A model generated the notes under the pieces. The model was not told the origin of the DNA. It was given only the letters and a program-made list of their open reading frames with translations, and searched no databases. Below are positions 19,939 through 28,471 of a stretch of 64,000 nt of DNA, piece after piece. The stretch lies in the NCBI GenBank assembly GCA_025677605.1, contig GCA_025677605.1_4110.1; one strand, 5' to 3'. Every line of letters begins with the position of its first letter. Within the stretch, counting starts at the first letter, position 1. This DNA is from a phage. A program made the position numbers and the translations under genes.

Positions 19939-20000
19939 CGAAAATTTTTTTGACCCCCCAAAACGCCCCCAAAAACAAGCCTATATTTATCATTTTAAAA

Positions 20001-20567
20001 TTACCCCTTTTCCGCGACCTTATCAAACACGTACTGTATGTACTGATTCAATGCAATGAGATCGATATCTCTGTCAAATCTCAACGTTAACTTCTCTGTC
20101 AACTCCCCGAAGGTATCATAATAATGCTTAACAAAATAACGATATCGTATTGAATTATAATCGTGCAATGTACTGTACTGAAACACTACATCAGGACTAT
20201 ATGGCATCAAATCAATAAGCTCACTTACTTTTAATTTCTCATTTTCGCCATTATTTTTAACTGTTATATATTCATTTGAACTGAACCATGCACATGATAC
20301 ATCTGAACAAATTGATGTTGTACTGTAAAATCTATCTGTACTCACAAATAATACACTATGTGATTTGTTGGATTTTCTTTCGTAAATCGATAAATCCGAC
20401 ATAAGCGTAATGATTGGTTCGTGTCGAAATTTATTATGCTGGTACGTTTCCTGAAACGCATTCGGATTTTTGTAAATCCTATCTACAATTAAATACAACC
20501 CCTTGATGTATTCTAAATCATCTTCTATCGCTTTGCATGTACTTTCTATGTCCTGAAGGTCCAGCAT
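20001..20567 (-). CDS. Family A paralog, unknown function
   Basis: 188 aa; motif SPDVVFQYSTL. Confidence 0.7.
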   Translation of the reverse strand: MLDLQDIESTCKAIEDDLEYIKGLYLIVDRIYKNPNAFQETYQHNKFRHEPIITLMSDLSIYERKSNKSHSVLFVSTDRFYSTTSICSDVSCAWFSSNEYITVKNNGENEKLKVSELIDLMPYSPDVVFQYSTLHDYNSIRYRYFVKHYYDTFGELTEKLTLRFDRDIDLIALNQYIQYVFDKVAEKG

Positions 20568-21103
20568 TACTCCCCCTTAATCTCTTTGAGATCTTTTACT
20601 AACCTATCGTACCACGTTAAAGCTAAAAAGAAATTCGTTTTCACATTAGCACGTAATACATTATATACTTGCTGCACCTGTAAAACATAAGGATCTTGTA
20701 CTAAGGACTCCTGAAAATATTCTTCAGGACTCAGGATGTTAGGATTCAAGGTTGCAATATCAACGTGCTTTGTTAAACCAAAAAAGGTTTCTTCCTCTCT
20801 CTTGCTCATATCCAAATAACGAATCCAATTCACTGGAGCGAACTCTTCAGATGCTGATGTAGCCGATGTAATAGCATTGAACAAAAGACAATACTCTAAC
20901 TGCATCTTCTCACCTACAGCGTGCATTACCGTATCTCTCCTGTAATACACAATAGAGGGATACTTTTCAATATCGCTCTTAGGCTCAAGCCATCCTTCCT
21001 TGTGCTTAGGATAGATGTGGTCAAAATCCCCAGCCTCAAACGCCTGTACGATTTTTACTAAATTGTCAGCGAACTCGTACTCAAAATGTTTGTGCTGGAT
21101 CAT
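20567..21103 (-). CDS. Family A paralog, unknown function
   Basis: 178 aa; motif SPEEYFQESLV. Confidence 0.7.
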   Translation of the reverse strand: MIQHKHFEYEFADNLVKIVQAFEAGDFDHIYPKHKEGWLEPKSDIEKYPSIVYYRRDTVMHAVGEKMQLEYCLLFNAITSATSASEEFAPVNWIRYLDMSKREEETFFGLTKHVDIATLNPNILSPEEYFQESLVQDPYVLQVQQVYNVLRANVKTNFFLALTWYDRLVKDLKEIKGE

Positions 21104-21133
21104 CTAAATCACTCCCGTCTTTGTTGTATTGTG

Positions 21134-21168
21134 TGTTATTGCATGTTATTGCATGTTATTGCGTATTA
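21134..21168. repeat. Tandem decamer repeat (TGTTATTGCA x3 plus a partial copy)
   Basis: Copies at 21134, 21144 and 21154, in the 62-bp gap between two family A genes. Confidence 0.7.
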
Positions 21169-21804
21169 TAACACAATCTCTTTTAACTTCAAAATGAAAT
21201 CTTCATATACTTTTATCTGAAAATGCGGACTCTGTGCACTGAAACTAAACCCAGGTTCAATCAATTTCTTGTACTCATTTGCATATTTGCACAACTTCAG
21301 GATTTCGGTAGGGTCCACCATATCCTTCTGTACTAAGGACATTTGAAAAAGCACTTCCTCTACACCCTCGTACTCTTGACCTGCAATGTAACATATGTCA
21401 TCGTCTAACGATAATGATATGAACGTCTTTGTACTTATTACATTACCATCTTTTGAAACACCATAATCTGCAACTGAATCCACAAAGGAATCCGGCTTAG
21501 ATGAACCTGCTATGTCGCAAATGTACTTGTCAATGTATGTGATGTTATTGTTGTTATCGAATATACCAAATGCTAATGACGTGTCAAATACTTCCCTGAA
21601 ACCAATTCTGTCACTACCGATAACTAAAACTAATTTACCACAGGATGCACTGTATCTGGATGCGGAATCAAATGGAATCTCCAATTTTGAATTCTCAGGG
21701 AAAATAGCATTGAACTTCTTTAGCATTTCAAACATATAAGGAACATGAGGCTCCATGAACTTCATCACCTCATACGGTGAAGCATTTCTGGGAAAATTAT
21801 GCAT
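21166..21804 (-). CDS. Family A paralog, unknown function
   Basis: 212 aa; motif VEEVLFQMSLV. Confidence 0.7.
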   Translation of the reverse strand: MHNFPRNASPYEVMKFMEPHVPYMFEMLKKFNAIFPENSKLEIPFDSASRYSASCGKLVLVIGSDRIGFREVFDTSLAFGIFDNNNNITYIDKYICDIAGSSKPDSFVDSVADYGVSKDGNVISTKTFISLSLDDDICYIAGQEYEGVEEVLFQMSLVQKDMVDPTEILKLCKYANEYKKLIEPGFSFSAQSPHFQIKVYEDFILKLKEIVL

Positions 21805-22330
21805 ATGTACTTACCCTTAAATTTTCGAAATCCCATACATCACTGATTGTACCATTGTGCCTGTAATCATAATATTGTACTAATACATTATACAATAACT
21901 TCAACGATACAAATTCATGATTCCACGGGGCTTTATTCTCATGAACACATTTAGAGATATAAGGTATCATATATAAAGCAACCATCTCTAATGGTTCATG
22001 TACACATTGCTTTTGAAAATATTCTTCTTCTTGCATACAATGCTCAGGAATAATTAGATCACCATGTTTACCGAAGACATATGAACCTACTGTGTATTTT
22101 TTCACATCGCAAGCGAACCATATTGTACTATCCGAAACAAATGGAATGATACCATTATTGTTTGCAATGTACATCATATGGTAAGAGCTATTTGACTTGT
22201 TAAATACCTCTATACTTTTAATATTACTACAAATCGCGTATTCAATACAATCAATAATCTTATCTTTAAATACACCAATTTCATTGAATGTCATTGCTTT
22301 CTGTACTTGCGATGTTTGCGATGTTTGCAT
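21797..22330 (-). CDS. Family A paralog (divergent)
   Basis: Track ORF 21797..22366 trimmed to MQTSQTSQ (AAGGAG SD; the extension overlaps the -10). Motif QEEEYFQKQCV. Confidence 0.6.
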   Translation of the reverse strand: MQTSQTSQVQKAMTFNEIGVFKDKIIDCIEYAICSNIKSIEVFNKSNSSYHMMYIANNNGIIPFVSDSTIWFACDVKKYTVGSYVFGKHGDLIIPEHCMQEEEYFQKQCVHEPLEMVALYMIPYISKCVHENKAPWNHEFVSLKLLYNVLVQYYDYRHNGTISDVWDFENLRVSTYA

Positions 22331-22356
22331 GGGGTTCTCCTTAAAAATGTTCAGGT

Positions 22357-22385
22357 ATATTAGCACCGATTCGGTACTGTGTCAA
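22357..22385 (-). promoter_or_regulatory. sigma70-type promoter
   Basis: -35 TTGACA 22380..22385; 17 bp; -10 TAATAT 22357..22362. Confidence 0.6.
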
Positions 22386-22394
22386 TACCAAAAC

Positions 22395-22424
22395 GAAAAA
22401 AGCCCATATCTTACGATACAGGCT
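22395..22424 (-). terminator. Probable rho-independent terminator
   Basis: Imperfect hairpin AGCCCATAT / ATACAGGCT followed by U6 on the minus strand; overlaps the stop of 22411..22908. Confidence 0.45.
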
Positions 22425-22908
22425 CGGTTGGGTAAAAGGACTCATATACATTTTTCATTTGCTGGAAATAAAAATATACATGATTCTTAAGCACACCATT
22501 CTCATAAAGCATCTTGTATATTGCGTAGAAAAAGATATCAATTTCTTCATGTATTGTACTGTACTGGAACCACAACTCCGGTGTCAAGGGTTCTGGACTG
22601 TATTTGATTTCCAACAAAGCATCATCCATTGGCTTATCACGTCCTGGATACATATACCAAAGGTCATCTCTTTCCAGACGAAGATCATCTTCATCAGGAT
22701 ATACATTGTCAGGAGCAAAATTTAAAAAACTAAAAAGCACTTTACCTGAATTTGATTCTTCTAACTGATTGTTAATATAATCATATTTGTGATTTATTGA
22801 AGCATATCCTTTTCCTTCATATGCTTTCATTATATTGTATACACCTTCAATGTACTTAACGTACTGTACAGCACTCTCTAAACTAAATTCCACTTTACAT
22901 TTTTGCAT
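22411..22908 (-). CDS. Family A paralog, unknown function
   Basis: 165 aa; motif TPELWFQYSTI. Confidence 0.7.
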   Translation of the reverse strand: MQKCKVEFSLESAVQYVKYIEGVYNIMKAYEGKGYASINHKYDYINNQLEESNSGKVLFSFLNFAPDNVYPDEDDLRLERDDLWYMYPGRDKPMDDALLEIKYSPEPLTPELWFQYSTIHEEIDIFFYAIYKMLYENGVLKNHVYFYFQQMKNVYESFYPTEPVS

Positions 22909-23246
22909 AATAAAATAATCTCAACTAAAGCAAGAACTGTATTGAATTCCACTATACTTGTAATTCCCTGAAGGTACATGTACTTTGCTATTACATATTT
23001 CTGTACTAAATTATCATTCTTCTTGAATTCATCAAACGCATCATTACAACGTGTCATGTATTCTGTACTCAAAAATATCTTATGCATCTCTAATGCACTC
23101 TGATAATATGCATACAACTCACGAATATCTATACTACGTAAATCACGTTGTTCGTACTTGTGATACGGAATAGCTTCAATTTCAATATTATAAAACCATT
23201 CTGTTAACTTATTAATATCAAATGTATTATTGTACTTCGAGGTCAT
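22878..23246 (-). CDS. Hypothetical protein
   Basis: Track ORF 22878..23279 trimmed to MTSKYNN (AGGAA SD); no family motif. Confidence 0.5.
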   Translation of the reverse strand: MTSKYNNTFDINKLTEWFYNIEIEAIPYHKYEQRDLRSIDIRELYAYYQSALEMHKIFLSTEYMTRCNDAFDEFKKNDNLVQKYVIAKYMYLQGITSIVEFNTVLALVEIILLCKNVKWNLV

Positions 23247-23535
23247 AATATTTCCTTTCCCATTCGGATACATGGGCATTAAAATTCATAACAGCTTTCT
23301 GTATCTTTTTTAATAATAACACATCATATCCACCTGTGTCAATCACTAATTGCTGTTGAAACAATTCTTCGTCGGATAATGTATTGAAATCTACAAAATA
23401 ATCTGTGACTTCGTTATCATTTAAATGTGCCATGTACCAACCTGAACTACATGAATAAATCAAATTCCAACCGTCTTCATCGCCTTCTAATTCAACATAA
23501 ATCATATCTTTTGTATAAAGCATTCTATACTTCAT
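23227..23535 (-). CDS. Family A paralog (short form)
   Basis: 102 aa; motif SDEELFQQQLV. Confidence 0.65.
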   Translation of the reverse strand: MKYRMLYTKDMIYVELEGDEDGWNLIYSCSSGWYMAHLNDNEVTDYFVDFNTLSDEELFQQQLVIDTGGYDVLLLKKIQKAVMNFNAHVSEWERKYYDLEVQ

Positions 23536-24040
23536 AACTATATCCTTGCATCAAAATATCATAAACTGCTTGAATGTCAGGAACTTTTATATAAAATTTA
23601 AAACCCTTAATTAAAGGATTCGCGTACAATGAACTGAATAACTTTAGATAATGCATTTGACGAGGACTATATAATAACGATTTCTGAAATAATTCAGCAC
23701 TACAATCTGTACTAATATCAATTAAATCAATTCGTTCTTCTACTTCATCATCTTGTTTCAAATCATAAAAGAAATAATCGTTTGTGTTTACCCACAAATA
23801 CCCTTCTTTATTTTCGTATACAACAGGAGATGTTTGTACCGGATTGGCTTGGGTAAATGCTGCAATACAAACGTTAACATTCCCTGCATTATTTGCATTG
23901 TGAAACATAAACGATAATTTACCATGCCTATCTTCTATGCGTAATTCATCTATATCAATGTACTTATGTATAGGATGATTATTTTTGAGCATAAGCATTA
24001 TTGTACTAATCTTGTGCGTTAATAATTCAATTTCATTCAT
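23525..24040 (-). CDS. Family A paralog, unknown function
   Basis: 171 aa; motif CSAELFQKSLL. Confidence 0.7.
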   Translation of the reverse strand: MNEIELLTHKISTIMLMLKNNHPIHKYIDIDELRIEDRHGKLSFMFHNANNAGNVNVCIAAFTQANPVQTSPVVYENKEGYLWVNTNDYFFYDLKQDDEVEERIDLIDISTDCSAELFQKSLLYSPRQMHYLKLFSSLYANPLIKGFKFYIKVPDIQAVYDILMQGYSYEV

Positions 24041-24046
24041 ATATTA

Positions 24047-24430
24047 TTACCTATAGCATTTGAGCACTGTAACCAATCCCTCTGCATTCTTGAAATGCAT
24101 TAAAGACAATGAACTATCAACGTACTGCAATGATATAATTACATCCTGTTCTGTGTGTTTGAATAAAAATTCCTGTACCGAATTCGTACCATAATACATG
24201 TACTTCGTTGCTTCAATCTGCAAATAAGGCACTTCTGTATTGTGTAAAAAGATATTGATTATTTCATTATTCTGTAATCTGCAATCAAATTTGTATGTTT
24301 CATATAACGGTACATCCGATGATGCCTGTACTGCCTGTACTGCCTGTGCTGCATGAGCGGTGTTTATAAATGATAAAAACACAAATGTTAAAATGAATAT
24401 GATTTTATTGAACATGTTTTGTTTCCTCAA
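24047..24430 (-). CDS. Secreted/periplasmic small protein (signal peptide)
   Basis: 127 aa. N-terminus MRKQNMFNKIIFILTFVFLSFINTAHA, then AQAVQAVQA encoded by a 9-bp tandem repeat at 24324..24350. Confidence 0.6.
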   Translation of the reverse strand: MRKQNMFNKIIFILTFVFLSFINTAHAAQAVQAVQASSDVPLYETYKFDCRLQNNEIINIFLHNTEVPYLQIEATKYMYYGTNSVQEFLFKHTEQDVIISLQYVDSSLSLMHFKNAEGLVTVLKCYR

Positions 24431-24624
24431 TAATGTTTGTACTTGTGTAAAATTCTATCCTGTACTGAAAGATGCTCAAATATAATTACACTCAAATAAT
24501 AATTGTAATCATTGATACCACCCCTCAAATGCATATTGTAATACAGCTTAATACTATCTAATAATGAATCCTGTAATGCATGTAATGCATTTAATGTCTT
24601 TGCATCTATCATCATCTTTCCCAT
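24427..24624 (-). CDS. Hypothetical protein
   Basis: 65-aa ORF; ATGA coupling to the downstream gene. Confidence 0.5.
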   Translation of the reverse strand: MGKMMIDAKTLNALHALQDSLLDSIKLYYNMHLRGGINDYNYYLSVIIFEHLSVQDRILHKYKHY

Positions 24625-25013
24625 TTAATAGGGTATTCCGTTTCATTCACTACATACGACATAATCCATCCGTAATGGATAGGATGATATTTGTCTGAAT
24701 CAGGAATAAAATATAAAGCTGTACTGGGATTATAACTGAAGAAATCCCTCTCGTCAAATGTTAATCTGGCTAACTTAATTTTCCTTGGAATTGCATGAGG
24801 ACGAACTGCATTCTTTACACAGAATATACCATCTTTGTATTTTGGTTCGATAACACCCAATGCACTCTGGATTAACTCCTGAAAGACTAAATTGATTTGT
24901 GCAAATGAATCCTTGTTGTTATGCATTTCGTGCCATAAATCTCGTCTTGCATTTAACATCATTATTACTGGTCTAAGATCCTGTACTATTGTTAGATTCT
25001 GCATTGTATTCAT
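24612..25013 (-). CDS. Hypothetical protein
   Basis: 133-aa ORF, co-oriented. Confidence 0.55.
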   Translation of the reverse strand: MNTMQNLTIVQDLRPVIMMLNARRDLWHEMHNNKDSFAQINLVFQELIQSALGVIEPKYKDGIFCVKNAVRPHAIPRKIKLARLTFDERDFFSYNPSTALYFIPDSDKYHPIHYGWIMSYVVNETEYPIKWER

Positions 25014-25230
25014 TTATCTCATTCTGTAACTTAACAACCAAAATTTGCGTATGAATTTTTCGCTCAAGGTGCTTGATAAATTTCTGTACCATTTCTTCTT
25101 GTACTGATGTACCAAGATAAAATAACATATTAAATTCTGATAATCGCAGAGCAAAATCTTCATCGCCCCCCTGTAAACAAAAATCCCTGTACTTCGATGC
25201 GTACAAATGATGGTTTACATTTTTGTACAT
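24973..25230 (-). CDS. Family B-like small protein
   Basis: 85 aa; FYLGTSVQEEMVQKFIKHL. Confidence 0.6.
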   Translation of the reverse strand: MYKNVNHHLYASKYRDFCLQGGDEDFALRLSEFNMLFYLGTSVQEEMVQKFIKHLERKIHTQILVVKLQNEINEYNAESNNSTGS

Positions 25231-25433
25231 TTAGACTCCTTTGGTGTGCATACTATCTCTGTTCGTAAAGCCCTTATGTATGCATCAACGAATTGTGGCT
25301 GTGCTCTCGTTCCTAGATAAAATAATAAATCGAACTCTGCCATTTTAACATTAAAAGGATCTGAATCTACATTTCGAATAAACTGTCTGTACTTCAATTC
25401 ATATCCGTTAGGCATCTTCTTGTATACTATCAT
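25215..25433 (-). CDS. Family B-like small protein
   Basis: 72 aa; FYLGTRAQPQFVDAYIRAL. Confidence 0.6.
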   Translation of the reverse strand: MIVYKKMPNGYELKYRQFIRNVDSDPFNVKMAEFDLLFYLGTRAQPQFVDAYIRALRTEIVCTPKESKCTKM

Positions 25434-25743
25434 ATTCTATACAATCACCTCTTTTAATCGAATCCCAAACTTCTTTCATCCTCTTCTGTAAACTGCACAT
25501 AATATCTATATCAAACATATAAGGGTCATGAATTAGACTGTACTGAAATAATTCATCTTCCTGCATAAGAGAAAGATCCTGAAGCAACTCGTACTTACCT
25601 AAACTCCTGGGACTCAAATAAGCAAAATATTCTTTACCGTCCTCAAAAACATAATGTACTTCATGATTCATGTACTTCTTGTAATTCTCATGCGTATAAG
25701 CAAATATACAACCGGAATTAATTCGGTGAATGTTGAATTTCAT
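25408..25743 (-). CDS. Family A paralog (short form)
   Basis: 111 aa; motif QEDELFQYSLI. Confidence 0.7.
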   Translation of the reverse strand: MKFNIHRINSGCIFAYTHENYKKYMNHEVHYVFEDGKEYFAYLSPRSLGKYELLQDLSLMQEDELFQYSLIHDPYMFDIDIMCSLQKRMKEVWDSIKRGDCIEYDSIQEDA

Positions 25744-25752
25744 ATTAATCTC

Positions 25753-26079
25753 TTATACGTAAATTGGATGAATATTTTGAAGGAAATGCTTAGAAATATT
25801 CATACATGATATCATCTGCCTTTGTACTTCCTTCATCTCTTTGTATGTCAACCCAAAAGAATCATCGTATACTAACATGTACTGAAACTCTTCTTCTTCA
25901 GAGATATCAACTAGATTCGGTACTGCTATCGTATTTTCATATGATTTGATACCTTCTACCCAATAGAAACAATTATCAACTTTATTGTACTCAAATATCT
26001 TAACCCCAGGCCCACCCTGTACATTGGTCAACGCAATGAAACATGTATTCGCTCTTTTTATACAATTGATCTTACGCAT
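25753..26079 (-). CDS. Family A paralog (short form)
   Basis: Track ORF 25753..26109 trimmed to MRKINCIK (avoids overlap with the upstream gene; GGAG upstream). Motif SEEEEFQYMLV. Confidence 0.55.
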   Translation of the reverse strand: MRKINCIKRANTCFIALTNVQGGPGVKIFEYNKVDNCFYWVEGIKSYENTIAVPNLVDISEEEEFQYMLVYDDSFGLTYKEMKEVQRQMISCMNISKHFLQNIHPIYV

Positions 26080-26086
26080 TATCGCA

Positions 26087-26332
26087 TTATCTCCATCTCT
26101 CTCCGTCATCGCAAGAGTACTGGTACGTTGTCGTTAGGGTAGGAATCATGTTCGTAATCGGCATATTATTCACAATAACCGTTACGGGCATCATAACCGT
26201 CTCTTTTCTACTCTGTCCTGTCTTTGTGCAATTCATCTTGTGCATTTCATCTGAATCCAGATACGCTAATACAAACGGTGCAATCCCAAGAACAATACAC
26301 AAGACGATAAGGAAATTTAAAAATTTTAACAT
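26087..26332 (-). CDS. Small membrane-anchored protein
   Basis: 81 aa; N-terminal hydrophobic helix LKFLNFLIVLCIVLGIAPFVLAY. Confidence 0.55.
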   Translation of the reverse strand: MLKFLNFLIVLCIVLGIAPFVLAYLDSDEMHKMNCTKTGQSRKETVMMPVTVIVNNMPITNMIPTLTTTYQYSCDDGERWR

Positions 26333-26361
26333 AATCTGTACCCTATGATTAACGTTAGTGT

Positions 26362-26390
26362 ACTATAGCACTACAATAGAGTACTGTCAA
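26362..26390 (-). promoter_or_regulatory. sigma70-type promoter
   Basis: -35 TTGACA 26385..26390 (inside the 3' end of 26371..26601); 17 bp; -10 TATAGT 26362..26367. Confidence 0.55.
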
Positions 26391-26601
26391 CTGCTTTGTT
26401 CTCTATTATACTCATTAAACCCCAAATTAGATAACGAACACTATCAGCTTGATAGTTAGTACCTACTGTGCATTTTAAAATTAACTCATCTTTCAGTACT
26501 GCACGTTCTTCTTGGGATATAGGAAGAGAATTTATTTGTTTTATTTGTGGTTGTAAAGTATTAATAAGCTTGCAGTACTCTTCGAATGATAATCTTTTCA
26601 T
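26371..26601 (-). CDS. Family B small protein (LGTNYQ family)
   Basis: 76 aa; CTVGTNYQADSV. Confidence 0.65.
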   Translation of the reverse strand: MKRLSFEEYCKLINTLQPQIKQINSLPISQEERAVLKDELILKCTVGTNYQADSVRYLIWGLMSIIENKAVDSTLL

Positions 26602-26604
26602 GGT

Positions 26605-26946
26605 TCAGTACTCAATAATGTGTTCTTCATAAGCACTATTAGGCTCCTGTTTAGTTTCTTTTATTAGTACTATCATCTTATGTGCCAATGGCATAGGAAA
26701 CTCTAAATCCCATACTAATGATTCTTGAAAGTATTCTTCTTCAGATAAAGTACTTAAATCTTCAATGTCAATGTGTTCGTACATGTTATATTTGTAATCA
26801 GCAAAAGATATATAAAAACCTCTTGTAGAATCGTAAGTAATCGTGAATGGCTTACCTTTGTAGTCCATTACATCTTTACATAGACTGCATTTGATATATG
26901 TACTTGCAAATGATTTATAAACCTTAAGTTGAATATTAGTTTTCAT
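26605..26946 (-). CDS. Family A paralog (short form)
   Basis: 113 aa; motif SEEEYFQESLV. Confidence 0.7.
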   Translation of the reverse strand: MKTNIQLKVYKSFASTYIKCSLCKDVMDYKGKPFTITYDSTRGFYISFADYKYNMYEHIDIEDLSTLSEEEYFQESLVWDLEFPMPLAHKMIVLIKETKQEPNSAYEEHIIEY

Positions 26947-26948
26947 TT

Positions 26949-27170
26949 TTAAACACCTATTCCATTAGCAATAGCAGTACTTAACGCTAACAAATACTTC
27001 TGTACTGCTTGCTCTTGATGATCTGTACCTAAAAGTATATACACCCATAATTCACTGTAGTGTACATCTTCTGTATAAGGGTTGTTGTAACTTTTTGATA
27101 ATATAGCATCAAATTCAGATGCATGAACCCTTGTGAACTTAAGAATATCTTGTTGTGTTATGATTCTCAT
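26949..27170 (-). CDS. Family B small protein
   Basis: 73 aa; LLGTDHQEQAV. Confidence 0.65.
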   Translation of the reverse strand: MRIITQQDILKFTRVHASEFDAILSKSYNNPYTEDVHYSELWVYILLGTDHQEQAVQKYLLALSTAIANGIGV

Positions 27171-27382
27171 AGCTTTTCCTGTATAAGCTTCTTAAGTATT
27201 TCTATGTGTGAATTAACAGTTCTTTCTTGATGCTGTGTTCCTAAGAGTATCAGTACTATCATCTCTGAACGCAAAAGATTTTTTTCAAGTTCCCCTATAT
27301 CAGTTCTTGTATCAAGTACTAAAAATTTGTGATTATTCTTTCTGAATAGTTCTAAGTACTCTTGATTTGATATTGTCTTCAT
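27167..27382 (-). CDS. Family B small protein
   Basis: 71 aa; LLGTQHQERTV; ATGA coupling. Confidence 0.65.
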   Translation of the reverse strand: MKTISNQEYLELFRKNNHKFLVLDTRTDIGELEKNLLRSEMIVLILLGTQHQERTVNSHIEILKKLIQEKL

Positions 27383-27609
27383 AGTTTATCCCTGATGCCA
27401 TTTAAAAGTGCTCTAATATGCTCCTGTACGAATTTGTACTGACTGTCTGTTCCTAGAGTGAGTAACAATCTTAAATCTGAACTTTTGATATGATATTCTA
27501 AATCATTATTTGATTCTTGCCTCAGTTTCTGAAAGGATGAGAAGTTTGCTGCCATTAGTTCAATGTATTCTGCTGTTCCTAGGGGTTTGTGTATGTGCTG
27601 TCTGTGCAT
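27379..27609 (-). CDS. Family B small protein
   Basis: 76 aa; TLGTDSQYKFV. Confidence 0.65.
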   Translation of the reverse strand: MHRQHIHKPLGTAEYIELMAANFSSFQKLRQESNNDLEYHIKSSDLRLLLTLGTDSQYKFVQEHIRALLNGIRDKL

Positions 27610-27815
27610 TTTAATTGTATTACCCTTTTAAGTGTATTAATATAATCCACGATGATGTGTTCTTGATAGTTAGTTCCTATAGTAGCTAGAACATAGATTT
27701 CACTTATTAGAATATTTTTTTCATCCTGTGATAATTCTTCTGACCAGCTACGATGCAACTTTGGAATTAAACTACTTAATAGTTGGTTGTATTCAGTAGG
27801 TGAAATGATTTTCAT
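27579..27815 (-). CDS. Family B small protein
   Basis: 78 aa; TIGTNYQEHII. Confidence 0.65.
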   Translation of the reverse strand: MKIISPTEYNQLLSSLIPKLHRSWSEELSQDEKNILISEIYVLATIGTNYQEHIIVDYINTLKRVIQLKCTDSTYTNP

Positions 27816-28027
27816 TTACATCTTCTCAGTACTGATTCTTTAAGTTCATCGATGTAGTCCTCAACAAATTGTTCTTGTAGGTTTGTTCCGAGATGTAACA
27901 GTACTCTTAAATCTGCTCTAAGTACTTCTTTGTCATCTTCATCTATATCAGACAGTGATATGTTTAAGAATTTACTTGAATTCTCTATAAGTAATATTAC
28001 TTCATCACCTTCGCTTAAAATTTTCAT
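27812..28027 (-). CDS. Family B small protein
   Basis: 71 aa; HLGTNLQEQFV. Confidence 0.65.
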   Translation of the reverse strand: MKILSEGDEVILLIENSSKFLNISLSDIDEDDKEVLRADLRVLLHLGTNLQEQFVEDYIDELKESVLRRCK

Positions 28028-28239
28028 AATCTTTGTGTTTTCCTCGACAGTAGGTACAGGTAACGTTCAGTGCATTGTTCTTGATAGTTTGTTCCTAATA
28101 AATGAACTAATTGTTGTTCAGCTATAGAAAGCTGTTTATCTTCATAACAAGCGTATCGTTGTTTCCTATGGTATTCTTTATTGATAACATCAAGGATGAT
28201 AACACCGTATTCGTCATCTGTCAAGTGTTTCATGTGCAT
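28024..28239 (-). CDS. Family B small protein
   Basis: 71 aa; LLGTNYQEQCT. Confidence 0.65.
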   Translation of the reverse strand: MHMKHLTDDEYGVIILDVINKEYHRKQRYACYEDKQLSIAEQQLVHLLGTNYQEQCTERYLYLLSRKTQRL

Positions 28240-28471
28240 TTCTTTTTCTTATATGTTTAGTTAAAAGGTATATTAGTTTTCTTACGTACTCGTCTTGATA
28301 GTTAGTCCCTAATAGTGCAAGAAGTTTTGCTTCAACTAAAGCTAATTGTCGTTCTTCAAATGTGTGTTCCAGAATGTACTTGGGGTTTGATTTTTTAGAA
28401 ATTGCACTATTAGTCTTCATTATAATCTTATGATATTCATTGACTGTTAAGATTTTTATATATTTGGTCAT
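28214..28471 (-). CDS. Family B small protein
   Basis: 85 aa; LLGTNYQDEYV. Confidence 0.65.
   Translation of the reverse strand: MTKYIKILTVNEYHKIIMKTNSAISKKSNPKYILEHTFEERQLALVEAKLLALLGTNYQDEYVRKLIYLLTKHIRKRNAHETLDR

Noticed and set aside
19951-19976. G-quadruplex from the C/G tracts
   Set aside because: Only two long tracts are present; four are needed.
35-26946. Reading the family A motif as a bona fide TEV or HRV-3C protease site
   Set aside because: The match is not exact. An extra residue lies between Q and S/T, and P6-P3 vary. No protease gene is visible in this window. It is kept only as a hypothesis in the findings.
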